Shown in pieces: positions 17,744 through 26,000 of a stretch of DNA of 42,267 nt (the first letter of the stretch is position 1; each line of letters starts with the position of its first letter). Source of the DNA: a virus (lineage: Duplodnaviria > Caudoviricetes); IMG/VR virus record IMGVR_UViG_3300017565_000010, positions 1 to 42,267 of that record, one strand, 5' to 3'. The translations under genes and the position numbers were made by a program. The notes below the pieces were generated by a model. It was given only the letters and a program-made list of their open reading frames with translations, was not told where the DNA came from and made no database searches.

Positions 17744-17955
17744 CGCTTTTCTCCAGTAACCGTTTCATCCGAGAGCACGTCATCGATTTCCGCCACGACC
17801 GTGTCCCGGTCTTCGTAGAAGCCGGACCCTTCCATGTACTGGTACTGGCCGATTTTCTTGTCGGTCAGGAAGCGCCGGCAGTTCTCCAGAACTTGGCGCA
17901 AGCGGGCTTCGCTCGTGGTGTGTCCGGAGACGCTGGTTTCTTGTGAGGTGCTCAC
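17740..17955 (-). CDS. Hypothetical protein
   Basis: GTGA coupling. Confidence 0.55.
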   Translation of the reverse strand: MSTSQETSVSGHTTSEARLRQVLENCRRFLTDKKIGQYQYMEGSGFYEDRDTVVAEIDDVLSDETVTGEKR

Positions 17956-18167
17956 TCCCGGATCTCCCCGTTGTCCTGTTCGTAGTAGTCGAGCAGCTCG
18001 TTGATGGCTCCGCGCTGTGTATGGCCATTGAAGGTCCTCACGCCGAGGTCATACTCACGGAGTGACGCAGACCACCGGGCCTGCGGTGGCGCGCTCACGT
18101 TGATCCACGTGTGGATCTCCATGACGCCTAGCGGCGGAGAGCTTTTCTTGCTCTGTGAGTGACTCAC
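17952..18167 (-). CDS. Hypothetical protein
   Basis: GTGA coupling. Confidence 0.55.
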   Translation of the reverse strand: MSHSQSKKSSPPLGVMEIHTWINVSAPPQARWSASLREYDLGVRTFNGHTQRGAINELLDYYEQDNGEIRE

Positions 18168-18433
18168 GACCGCACCCCACGATGGAACGCGTCCGCGTCA
18201 GCCAGCGCTGCATCCCAAGTCCACCCGCCGCCAATGCAGACTTCCTCAAGCGACTCCCGACGGAAGATGCGGCAGCGACCGAATGCTCGCGTGCCCCAGC
18301 GAGGAGCGGCATCGTTGTAGTCCGTGCGCGTAGCGCCGAATCGGCTCCATGCGATGCGTGACGCCTCCGACCTACTGGTCTCTTCACGGGTGACTCCCGT
18401 GCCCTGAATCCCGCTGGTCTGGTTGCTCGCCAT
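18164..18433 (-). CDS. First gene of the pL operon, hypothetical, 89 aa
   Basis: GGGAGAG RBS before ATG 18433. Confidence 0.55.
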   Translation of the reverse strand: MASNQTSGIQGTGVTREETSRSEASRIAWSRFGATRTDYNDAAPRWGTRAFGRCRIFRRESLEEVCIGGGWTWDAALADADAFHRGVRS

Positions 18434-18535
18434 CTCGCTCTCCCGTTTGCCGGACCACCCCTTCATTCGAGGCCCTTTGCGCTGCTCGGCGGATGCCTGA
18501 CGCTTCGGGGGTGGCCCGGCTGGTTGCTCAGCCTG

Positions 18536-18599
18536 TAGCGGTATATTGCTACTCGCGCGGACCGGCGTCAAGTAGTTTATTGCTAGCGGTATACAGCCA
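18536..18599 (-). promoter_or_regulatory. pL promoter with OL operators
   Basis: -35 TTGACG (18571-18566), 17 nt, -10 CAATAT; operator TAGC-N8-GCTA at 18536-18551 and near-copy TAGCGGTATACAGCCA at 18584. Confidence 0.7.
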
Positions 18600-18642
18600 A
18601 ACCCAAAACCAGCCGGGCGAGGGCTAGTTCATGGGCGGGCGA

Positions 18643-18996
18643 TCAGGGGGTGGGGCGGAGCTTAGATTCGCGGTTGGCCATCGCGTCGATGAGCGCGCGG
18701 CCTTCTGGGCTTGCATTGACGTATGAGTCAAACAGCGCCTGGACAGCCTTCGACTTCAGCAGATCTTCGGTGAGGTTCGGCATGATCAGGTGCCAGCCCT
18801 CTAAGCCAAAAGCGTGCGCTAGCGCATCAGCAGTCTCCACAGAGCATCCGGAGTCTTCACTGAGGATCGCGCTGATCATTCGCTGGGACACGCCCGACTT
18901 CTTGCTGAGTTCCATCTGGTTCCACTCACGGATGTTCATGAGGGTCCGAAGGTTCCTTGAGAGCGAGGTGCGGGTGCTTGGACGTTTTGGTGCCAC
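18643..18996 (-). CDS. cI: CI-like XRE repressor without S24 peptidase domain
   Basis: NLRTLM..NQMELSKKSGVSQRMISAIL...SVETADALAHAFG; divergent from cro; GTG 18996 likely start. Confidence 0.8.
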   Translation of the reverse strand: MAPKRPSTRTSLSRNLRTLMNIREWNQMELSKKSGVSQRMISAILSEDSGCSVETADALAHAFGLEGWHLIMPNLTEDLLKSKAVQALFDSYVNASPEGRALIDAMANRESKLRPTP

Positions 18997-18997
18997 A

Positions 18998-19091
18998 TAG
19001 CAACGGTATAATCTCTGCGTAGCGGTTTGTCGCAGGAGTGGGAGTTGTGTTGCGGTTGCTACCATAGCGATATTTTGCTAAGAATACGCAC
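18998..19091. promoter_or_regulatory. OR/pR/pRM control region
   Basis: TAGCGATATTTTGCTA at 19065-19080 matches the OL palindrome; partial sites at 18998, 19020, 19046; TTGCTA-N17-TAAGAA. Confidence 0.65.
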
Positions 19092-19310
19092 ATGGAGCGA
19101 CCAGAGCAAATAGTCCGAGACCTTCGTCGGCGTGCCAACGCTTTGTTAAACCGGAAAAAAGTCAAACGCGAGCAGCTCGCGTATGAGTCCGGTCTCACTT
19201 ACTCGTGGCTTTGCAAGTTTCTCGCGGAGCACGAGGACGCGTCGAATCCGCGCGTGAATACCCTCGTGAAACTCGAAAAGCGTCTAAGCGAACTGGAGAG
19301 GCTGCAGTGA
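19092..19310 (+). CDS. cro: Cro-like HTH regulator
   Basis: REQLAYESGLTYSWLCKF...NPRVNTLVKL; divergent from repressor. Confidence 0.8.
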   Translation: MERPEQIVRDLRRRANALLNRKKVKREQLAYESGLTYSWLCKFLAEHEDASNPRVNTLVKLEKRLSELERLQ

Positions 19311-19674
19311 CAGCCTCTTTTTGGGCCTCGCGGGACCAGACCTCGTGTAACGCCTTGAGGAAGAAGTCCGCTGGGAATCGCTCGGGCATTTGCGATCACT
19401 CCGTGAATCAGACACGTGATAGCCGTGCCCGTCCATTGGCGTCGCGCACTTCCTTCCGGGAGACGTACTCCGGAGCCTCGGCGGTTGCGCTGTTCTTATC
19501 TGCAGTCGGCTATCAGAACGTAACACAGGTTAGACCGGAGTTGGCCTCAAAAAAGTGCAACTCCATTTCGCAGACGCGGCGCGCAAACCTTGATCCACTG
19601 CTGCATCACTGCGATTTATCTCACCCGCTGTTCACACGACCGTATGCCGGCCATAACTGGACGCCGGATAACGG

Positions 19675-19923
19675 ATGCATTTGTGCTTCAAGCACATGGA
19701 GCGTGGCGTGATCCGCTGGCCGTTCACAGTGCGGCTAGATCACTGCGCGGTGAGCATCACGGTATCGCGCCCCGGAACGTCGCGATCGTCCGCTGAAACG
19801 TCTCATGCGGTTGCGGATTCGCCGCAACCATTGTCTCGAATGCTTCTCTCAGTCGATCAGGCTGTGGGTGCGTGGCGAGCACAGCAGAAATTGCTGTCGC
19901 ATACGCCTGGAGCAGTGCTGTGA
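19675..19923 (+). CDS. Hypothetical protein (uncertain)
   Basis: Most plausible forward ORF in the cII slot; no recognisable motif. Confidence 0.3.
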   Translation: MHLCFKHMERGVIRWPFTVRLDHCAVSITVSRPGTSRSSAETSHAVADSPQPLSRMLLSVDQAVGAWRAQQKLLSHTPGAVL

Positions 19924-20085
19924 GCTGGTCGTCCATTGTTTTCTCCCGTCGCGCCCTGGCCGATGTTTGGCGACTGATGGCCGGGGCTGCGACGCCAATC
20001 CTAATTCGGCGGAACCCGCGGGCGCTATTGACGCGCTCCCTGCACTGACTTCGCTCGGGCAGGCCGCCGTTCCTTTGGAGGCTCT

Positions 20086-20283
20086 GTGACCCAAGCGGAC
20101 CAGATCCTGAATCACCTTCGATCCGGCAAGCACATCACGCCGCTGGAAGCGCTGAACCGCTTCGGGTGTTTCAGATTGTGCGCACGTATCTACGACCTGA
20201 AGAAGGCCGGACACGAGATCGAATCGCAGATGGTGACGCTGCCGAATGGCAAGCAAGTCGCGAGCTATCGGCTAGCTGAATGA
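20086..20283 (+). CDS. Small winged-helix protein
   Basis: TQADQILNHL..GKHITPLEAL..FGCFRL.ARIYDLK..GH; GGAGG RBS. Confidence 0.85.
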   Translation: MTQADQILNHLRSGKHITPLEALNRFGCFRLCARIYDLKKAGHEIESQMVTLPNGKQVASYRLAE

Positions 20284-20318
20284 AAAACGCCCCGGTGGTG
20301 GAAGTCCATCCGGGGCGT
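20284..20318 (-). terminator. Intrinsic terminator for an antisense (leftward) transcript
   Basis: ACGCCCCGG/CCGGGGCGT 9-bp stem with an A-run on its left, i.e. a U-tail on the minus strand. Confidence 0.55.
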
Positions 20319-20520
20319 CTTGGTTCATCGGGGCGAAGTTACAGCGCAACTATGAACTTAGTTTGATCGGGCTTCAAGGCCTCATGCGTCGAGGCCGGAA
20401 ACGGATAGGCGCAGCTCGCTGGGGGCTTGTATCCCGGGGCGAGTCGAAACAAGCCCGGGAGGTCGCCCCTCCATCCTCTGCGCCCATGCGTGGGGGGAGG
20501 GGGGGTCATGCCTCCCAGGA
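20284..20520 (+). ncRNA. Candidate structured RNA / replication origin with G6AG7 tract
   Basis: Consecutive stems GTTCAT/ATGAAC, GGCCTC/GAGGCC, GGCGCAG/CTGCGCC enclosing GGGCTTGT/ACAAGCCC, then GGGGGGAGGGGGGG at 20492-20505. Confidence 0.45.
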
Positions 20521-20663
20521 TCTTCGGAGTCGAGGTAGCCGAGCAGGCAGCAAGGTATCTCGCTCCATGCAAAGCGATCGGGGTTCGCGAGGATAAGTCG
20601 GAGAAGTTGTTCCATGTTCGTGACCACGCAAGCATTTTACGCGCCTGCGGAGGCTGAGCGGTA

Positions 20664-21071
20664 ATGGTTATTAGACACAGCTATCAACCGATGCACCCGC
20701 CTCAGAAGCAGGTCAGCCAGGAGCGCATGCATGAGATCCTGGCCAGACGCTCCGGCAAAGCGCAGTCGCCGCAGGCGAAAGCAGACGCTGATGTCTGGCC
20801 GAAAGCGCCTCATGAAACCCGCCTGCCTCCAACTCCTCCCCGCGCAACCGGCCCGCTTCAGTGGCAGAAGCCAGCGGCTGGATCGATGGGCGTCAGGACC
20901 GTGTGTGAGTGGTACTCGTGCTGTAAGGCGATGGTCGATGGCGAGTGGGAATACGAGGTTTGGACTCGCGAGCCGCTGACGGGCGGGATGAAGCAGTTAG
21001 CCGTGGGGCTGGCGAGTTTCGAAGACGGGAAACGAGTCGCACAGGAAGATGCGGACAGGGCTCTGCGATGA
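20664..21071 (+). CDS. Hypothetical protein
   Basis: GGAGG upstream; ATGA coupling to rusA. Confidence 0.65.
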   Translation: MVIRHSYQPMHPPQKQVSQERMHEILARRSGKAQSPQAKADADVWPKAPHETRLPPTPPRATGPLQWQKPAAGSMGVRTVCEWYSCCKAMVDGEWEYEVWTREPLTGGMKQLAVGLASFEDGKRVAQEDADRALR

Positions 21072-21421
21072 TCGAACTGACCATCCCCGAGGCCACACCT
21101 TCGCTAAACCGCATGCTCGGCCATCATTGGAAGAACAAGCACGACTTGCGAAAGCACTGGGGATGGCTGGTGAGAGCGGCTCGGCTCAACGCGAAGATCT
21201 ATCCGAAGGCGCCGCTCCCAAAAGCGAAGGTCACCATCACGCGTCACGGTCGGCGAATCTGTGACACCGACAATCTGATCGGTGGCCAAAAGATACTGAT
21301 CGACTCGCTGGTCAAAGAGGGCATCCTGGAAAACGATACGCCCGATCACGTCGAACTGATCGTGAAGCAGATCGTGACGAAGACACCGCACACCGTAGTG
21401 CAAATCGAGCAAATCACATGA
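21068..21421 (+). CDS. rusA: RusA-like Holliday junction resolvase
   Basis: PSLN...DTDNL..GQK.LIDSL...GILEND acidic catalytic pattern. Confidence 0.85.
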   Translation: MIELTIPEATPSLNRMLGHHWKNKHDLRKHWGWLVRAARLNAKIYPKAPLPKAKVTITRHGRRICDTDNLIGGQKILIDSLVKEGILENDTPDHVELIVKQIVTKTPHTVVQIEQIT

Positions 21422-21897
21422 ATGGGGAGACAGAAGTGAACGCCGCCATTGCCATCTCGTCGTACGAGATCATCCCGGTTCCCATCAAGGTCACAGCCGC
21501 CGTCACCGTTCGCGACAAGCGCACGATGAACCACATGGACCCGGAGACCAAGGAGGCGCATCTGCGGTTGGAGGAGTGGGGGAGAGAGACGCGCGACGCC
21601 AGCAACGGATATCCTTCTACCACGCTTCTGGGGCGGTTAATCGAGCAGGGGCCAATGGGCGCAGGGCAGAGCGGGAAGCCGCCTGTATCGTTGTCAGAGT
21701 CTGCCTCGCGGGCTGATGCGTGCGTGGCAAAGCTCTGCCAGATCGACCAACGAGTGCTGCGGTACTACTACCAGCACTGGGTCGGTGTCGAGGAAGTGGC
21801 GAAGTTCATGCGTATGCGCGTGCGACAGGCGCAGAATGTCTTGAGACGTGCGCGGTGGCGGTTCATGGCGCATCTGGCGGTGGCTGAAGGGGGTTGA
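21418..21897 (+). CDS. Q: Q-type late antiterminator
   Basis: RLEEWG..GYPS...DACVAKL...LRYYY plus C-terminal HTH; position before late operon. Confidence 0.75.
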   Translation: MNGETEVNAAIAISSYEIIPVPIKVTAAVTVRDKRTMNHMDPETKEAHLRLEEWGRETRDASNGYPSTTLLGRLIEQGPMGAGQSGKPPVSLSESASRADACVAKLCQIDQRVLRYYYQHWVGVEEVAKFMRMRVRQAQNVLRRARWRFMAHLAVAEGG

Positions 21898-21899
21898 GT

Positions 21900-22265
21900 A
21901 TGCGGAGAAACAATGGGAGCTATCCACAAAAAACAGTAAGCTGGGAACTCAGAGCGACGGCGTTTTATGCAGACGAGAAGGGAAATGAGACGCTCCCAAC
22001 TCTTGTTGGCATGACGGTATGCGAAGTTCCCGAGCTACGAAAGGCGACCGCGAACATGTTGGCAAGGAATGGGTTTACCACGGCCCAGGAAATTGCATCT
22101 GGTTATGATGACATGTCGCTCGCTCGCTGCTTCGGGAATGGGTTGGGCAGGAAGCGATTCTTGGAGATTCAGCGTTTTTTGAATGCTCATCCACTTGTCT
22201 GGCGACATCATGGAACGTTCAACATGAAACGCTCAACCAATCCGAAGGCGGCCCGTGGCAGCTAG
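21900..22265 (+). CDS. RNA polymerase alpha-CTD-like protein
   Basis: EL...TANML.RNG.TT..EI......L.....GLGRKRFLEI..FL mirrors alpha-CTD EL.VRSANCL......IGDL.......L...NLGKKSL.EI..VL. Confidence 0.6.
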   Translation: MRRNNGSYPQKTVSWELRATAFYADEKGNETLPTLVGMTVCEVPELRKATANMLARNGFTTAQEIASGYDDMSLARCFGNGLGRKRFLEIQRFLNAHPLVWRHHGTFNMKRSTNPKAARGS

Positions 22266-22449
22266 ACGTCTCCCGCGAACCATCGCTGGCTGCTGGGGTG
22301 TGCTGACTGCAGACGGCCCCTTCACGTACAACACAGGCGTTCCGGTGCTCTATTCAACCAAGGCGGAAGCGCAGGAGGACTGCAAGCTGTCCGACATGAA
22401 GCCTGTGCGAGTGACTGTGCGCTATCCACTTCTGCGGCCTCGCAGATAA
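22255..22449 (+). CDS. Hypothetical protein
   Basis: Overlapping coupled ORF. Confidence 0.5.
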   Translation: MAARRLPRTIAGCWGVLTADGPFTYNTGVPVLYSTKAEAQEDCKLSDMKPVRVTVRYPLLRPRR

Positions 22450-22573
22450 ATTAGGCGCGCCCCGACGGGAGGCGGACGACCGCGCTGGTCCTTGGTATCC
22501 CGTCAACGTTTGTACGCACTCAATCTTTCTGCTGAACTCACCGCAATTGATCGTGCCTCTGCACCGAATCCCT

Positions 22574-22626
22574 GCTTAGCGCACCCCCGCTGAGCCCTCC
22601 AACCCGCCCTAGTGGCGGGTTTTTTA
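22574..22626 (+). terminator. tR'-like terminator at the start of the late operon, preceded by a second hairpin
   Basis: GCTTAGCG/CGCTGAGC, then AACCCGCC-CTAGT-GGCGGGTT-TTTT. Confidence 0.8.
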
Positions 22627-22641
22627 TTTCTGGAGCCCTGA

Positions 22642-22728
22642 ATGAGCTGGATCGAATGGCTCATCGGGCGGCTATTCAAGAAGCCGCCGGGCCGCGTCAC
22701 CAACGTCCGCATCAAGGTATCTGCATGA
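22642..22728 (+). CDS. 28-aa peptide MSWIEWLIGRLFKKPPGRVTNVRIKVSA, not in ORF track
   Basis: GGAG RBS 6 nt upstream; ATGA overlap with next gene; C-terminus resembles that of the next protein. Confidence 0.7.
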   Translation: MSWIEWLIGRLFKKPPGRVTNVRIKVSA

Positions 22729-23045
22729 AGACCATCAATATCACGTGGGATGTCCCGGTAACCCGCGAGGATGGCAAGGCTCTGCCGAAAGCCGAGATCG
22801 CGGATACGGAGGTATCGCTGGCGCCGGTCGCCGCTGATGGCACCGTAGGCTCGTTTACGAGTCTCGCGAAGGTAAAGCCCGACGCGACGCAGACCGTGAA
22901 CAAGGACGTGCCGGACGGTGATTACAAGATCCGGTTCGTCGTCACCGACATCTACGGACAGAAGGGCAAGCCGCTCGACGCATCTGCGACAGTGAAGTCC
23001 GCGCCGCCGGGTCAGGTTCTGAACATAAAGGTCACGGTGGCGTGA
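22725..23045 (+). CDS. Stand-alone, circularly permuted FN3-like protein, 106 aa
   Basis: ITWDVP (strand B), YKIRFVVTD (strand F), C-terminal APPGQVLNIKV (strand A-like). Confidence 0.75.
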   Translation: MKTINITWDVPVTREDGKALPKAEIADTEVSLAPVAADGTVGSFTSLAKVKPDATQTVNKDVPDGDYKIRFVVTDIYGQKGKPLDASATVKSAPPGQVLNIKVTVA

Positions 23046-26000
23046 GTTCACTTCTCCGGATCGTCTTCGATCCGGACCTGACCCCGACTGGTGTCCCATC
23101 GATCACCAGCGTCACCGTCGTCTCTCAAAGCCGTCTCGATGTCGCGTGGACTTCGGTTACGGACAACGCAGGTGGCTCGGGGCTTGCGGGCTACAACCTG
23201 ATCATCGACGGTGGCGCGCCGCTCGAGCTGGGCATCCAGACGAGCTATTCGCTCACGGGTCTCGGGTCAAACACCACGCACACGTTCCGTGTCGCGGGCC
23301 GTGATCAGGCCGGCAACGTCTCGGCCTACAGCGCGCAGTCGCAGGCGACTACCCTGTCTGCACCAGCGCCGTTCAACCCGCTGTACCCGCGACTCGGGTC
23401 GTACGCGATCGGTGGCCAAAAGAACTATCAGGACGCTGCAGTAAAGGCCGCTCTCTCCAAGCGGCACGTCAATTTCCTGTCGCCATTTCTCGGCTGGGAG
23501 AACAGCCGCGGGACCACGTTCACTGCAGTCACGCAGGACATCAAGGCGCAGTCGACGATTGGCACGCAGATCTACGTCTATGTCATCACCAGCAGCCTTT
23601 ACAGGGCCGCCGCGGCGACAAATCAAGCGTATTGGGACCCGTACAACTGGCTCGTCACGAACAAGGGTTTCGGCTACAGCAACGGCCTGAGCGAGATCGG
23701 GGTGATGATCTCGGCGGCGGATGCCTCTCAGGATCAGGCGAACTACCGCCTCACGGGCAAAGTCGTCAACGGCAAGCGGTACTACGAGTACCTGATCGAT
23801 TTCAGTCTGGACGTACACCGGGATGGCGTGCCGAGGAGCAACGGCACGAGCCTGATCAGCACCGCAGCGAACCCATTCCTCGACGGATTCTTTGTCGACA
23901 ACGTGTTCTGCAAGGAGCGCACGGCGGCCGACTACGACCGCAACGGTTCCCCGGACGCGATCGATACGATCGCCGATGCCAACGCGACGATGAACTCGCA
24001 CGTCGCAATGATGAGCTATCTGCGTAGTCGGGCGCCTACCTGGAAGGTAATGGTCAACTCCGCCGACTGGCGCGAGTACGAGACGGCATATGGATTCGGC
24101 TCGTTCAGCAATGCCCCGCTGAACCAGAAGGCCGAAGGCGGCGCCATCGAATCCATCGAGAACTACGAGTCGCTGGCCTACAGCTCGGTGATCAGCGCCA
24201 TCAAGACTCAGATGGACGCGTATTTACCGCCGAAGTTGGGCGTCCTCGGTTGGAAGATCGCATCGTTCACCGACTACGCGGGCATGCGTTACGGGTTCGG
24301 CACAGCGCTGCTGACGGACACGTACTACTACCCGTTGGTGGGCACGTACCGCTCGGAAGACCTTCCGAGTCTGTGGTACGACGAATTCAACTTCGATCTG
24401 GGCGCGGCAATCGATCCGGTCCAGACGGTCGCCCGGTATCAGTCTGCAACGCTCGGCGAGGGCGTCTGGCGTCGTGACTTTGCGAACGGCATCGTTCTTG
24501 TAGGCGCACGTCGCGCCAGCGGGGCGACGACGGCCTATTCGCCGGTCAGCCTCGGCGGCACGTTCTACCGCCTCGTAGGCACCCAGGCACCGGCCGTCAA
24601 CAGCGGTGTGGCCGTCACTAGCGTGACGCTCTCACCGCGTGACGCGATTGTGCTGGCTCGCGTCCCGCAGGTTGGAGCCGGGATCTTCCCGCTCACCATC
24701 GACAGCGGCGGGCGCTTCATCAGGGACAACACGGGCGCGCCGTTCCTGATCCATGGCGATACTCCGTGGTCGCTTGCGGTCCAGCTCACCCGCACGCAAA
24801 TCGACACGTACCTGAACGATCGGCAGTCGAAGGGATTCAACACCGTTCTCTTCAACGCCATCGAGCACTTTTTCAGCGCCAACTCTCCCGCGTACCGAAA
24901 CCGGGAGGGCAACGACCCGTTCTCGCCGATGACGAATTTCGCCGCGCCAAACGAGGCGTACTGGCAACTGGTCGACTACATCGTGGTGGGCTGTCTGGCC
25001 CGCAACATGATCGCGCTGATCAACCCGGCCTATTTGGGGTTCGGCGGCGGCTCAGAAGGCTGGAACACAGAGGTACAGGCCGAGACCGCCGCAGACCTAC
25101 AGGCTTACGGCACGTTCCTCGCCAACCGCTACAGCGGCTACGGAAATGTCATCTGGTGCATGGGCGGCGACTACGCAGGTACCAGCGGCGAGCGTACCAA
25201 GCAGTGGAATATCGTTACCGGCATCCGCACGGTCGACACTGATGCGATCATCACCGCGCACGGAGCTCGCACTGAGAGCGCCTATAGCCAGTGGAGCAGT
25301 TTCCGCGGCTCAGGCTTCAATTTAAACAACATCTACACGAACGGTACTGAGTACACGTTCGCGGCGACCGAGTACGCACGTTCGCCGGCAATGCCGTTCA
25401 TCGAGTTCGAGGGCTACTACGACGACGCAAGAGGCGGCACTCCGCCGGCAACTCCTGCGGACTGCCGCCGTCAGGCCTACGCGTCGATCCTGTCGGGCGC
25501 CTGCGGCCATCTATTTGGCAACTTCCCTGTCTGGGACTTCGGATCGCCTGCAGCGGGCGGTTCGGGCGGTGGTGTCACCGCGGCGCTGACTAACCTCAGC
25601 ACGACCGCGACGAATCAGATGGCGTACGTGAAGGCTCTCTTCACGGCGTTCAACTGGCAGCTGCTGCAGCCTCGTACTGACACGAGCGTCGTCACTACGA
25701 GCCTGGGATCGGGAGCGACGCGAATCGTCGCAGCTCGAGCCAGCGATGGCTCATTCGTGATGATCTGGACGACGGGCAACGGATTTACCGTCAACCTGAA
25801 TTCCCTGTCGGTCTCCTCGATCCGTGCGCGGTGGTACAACACAACCGATGGCACCTACGCGACTGCCGGCACGTTCTCGAACGTGGGCACGCAAGCGTTC
25901 TCACCGCCGGGTGAGAGAGTGTTGGTGCTCGATCAGTCCGCGTCCGTGGGCGGCTTCACCTTTGACAGCGGATTTTCAGCGGGCTCCGGGAGCTCGTTCG

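Noticed and set aside
19088-19703. 12-bp repeat GCACATGGAGCG at the cro start (19088) and at 19692
   Set aside because: A single 12-mer pair can arise by chance; no further similarity on either side
19205-19711. Track ORFs overlapping cro on both strands as cII
   Set aside because: No HTH or TTGC-N6-TTGC target recognised; low-complexity shadow-like composition
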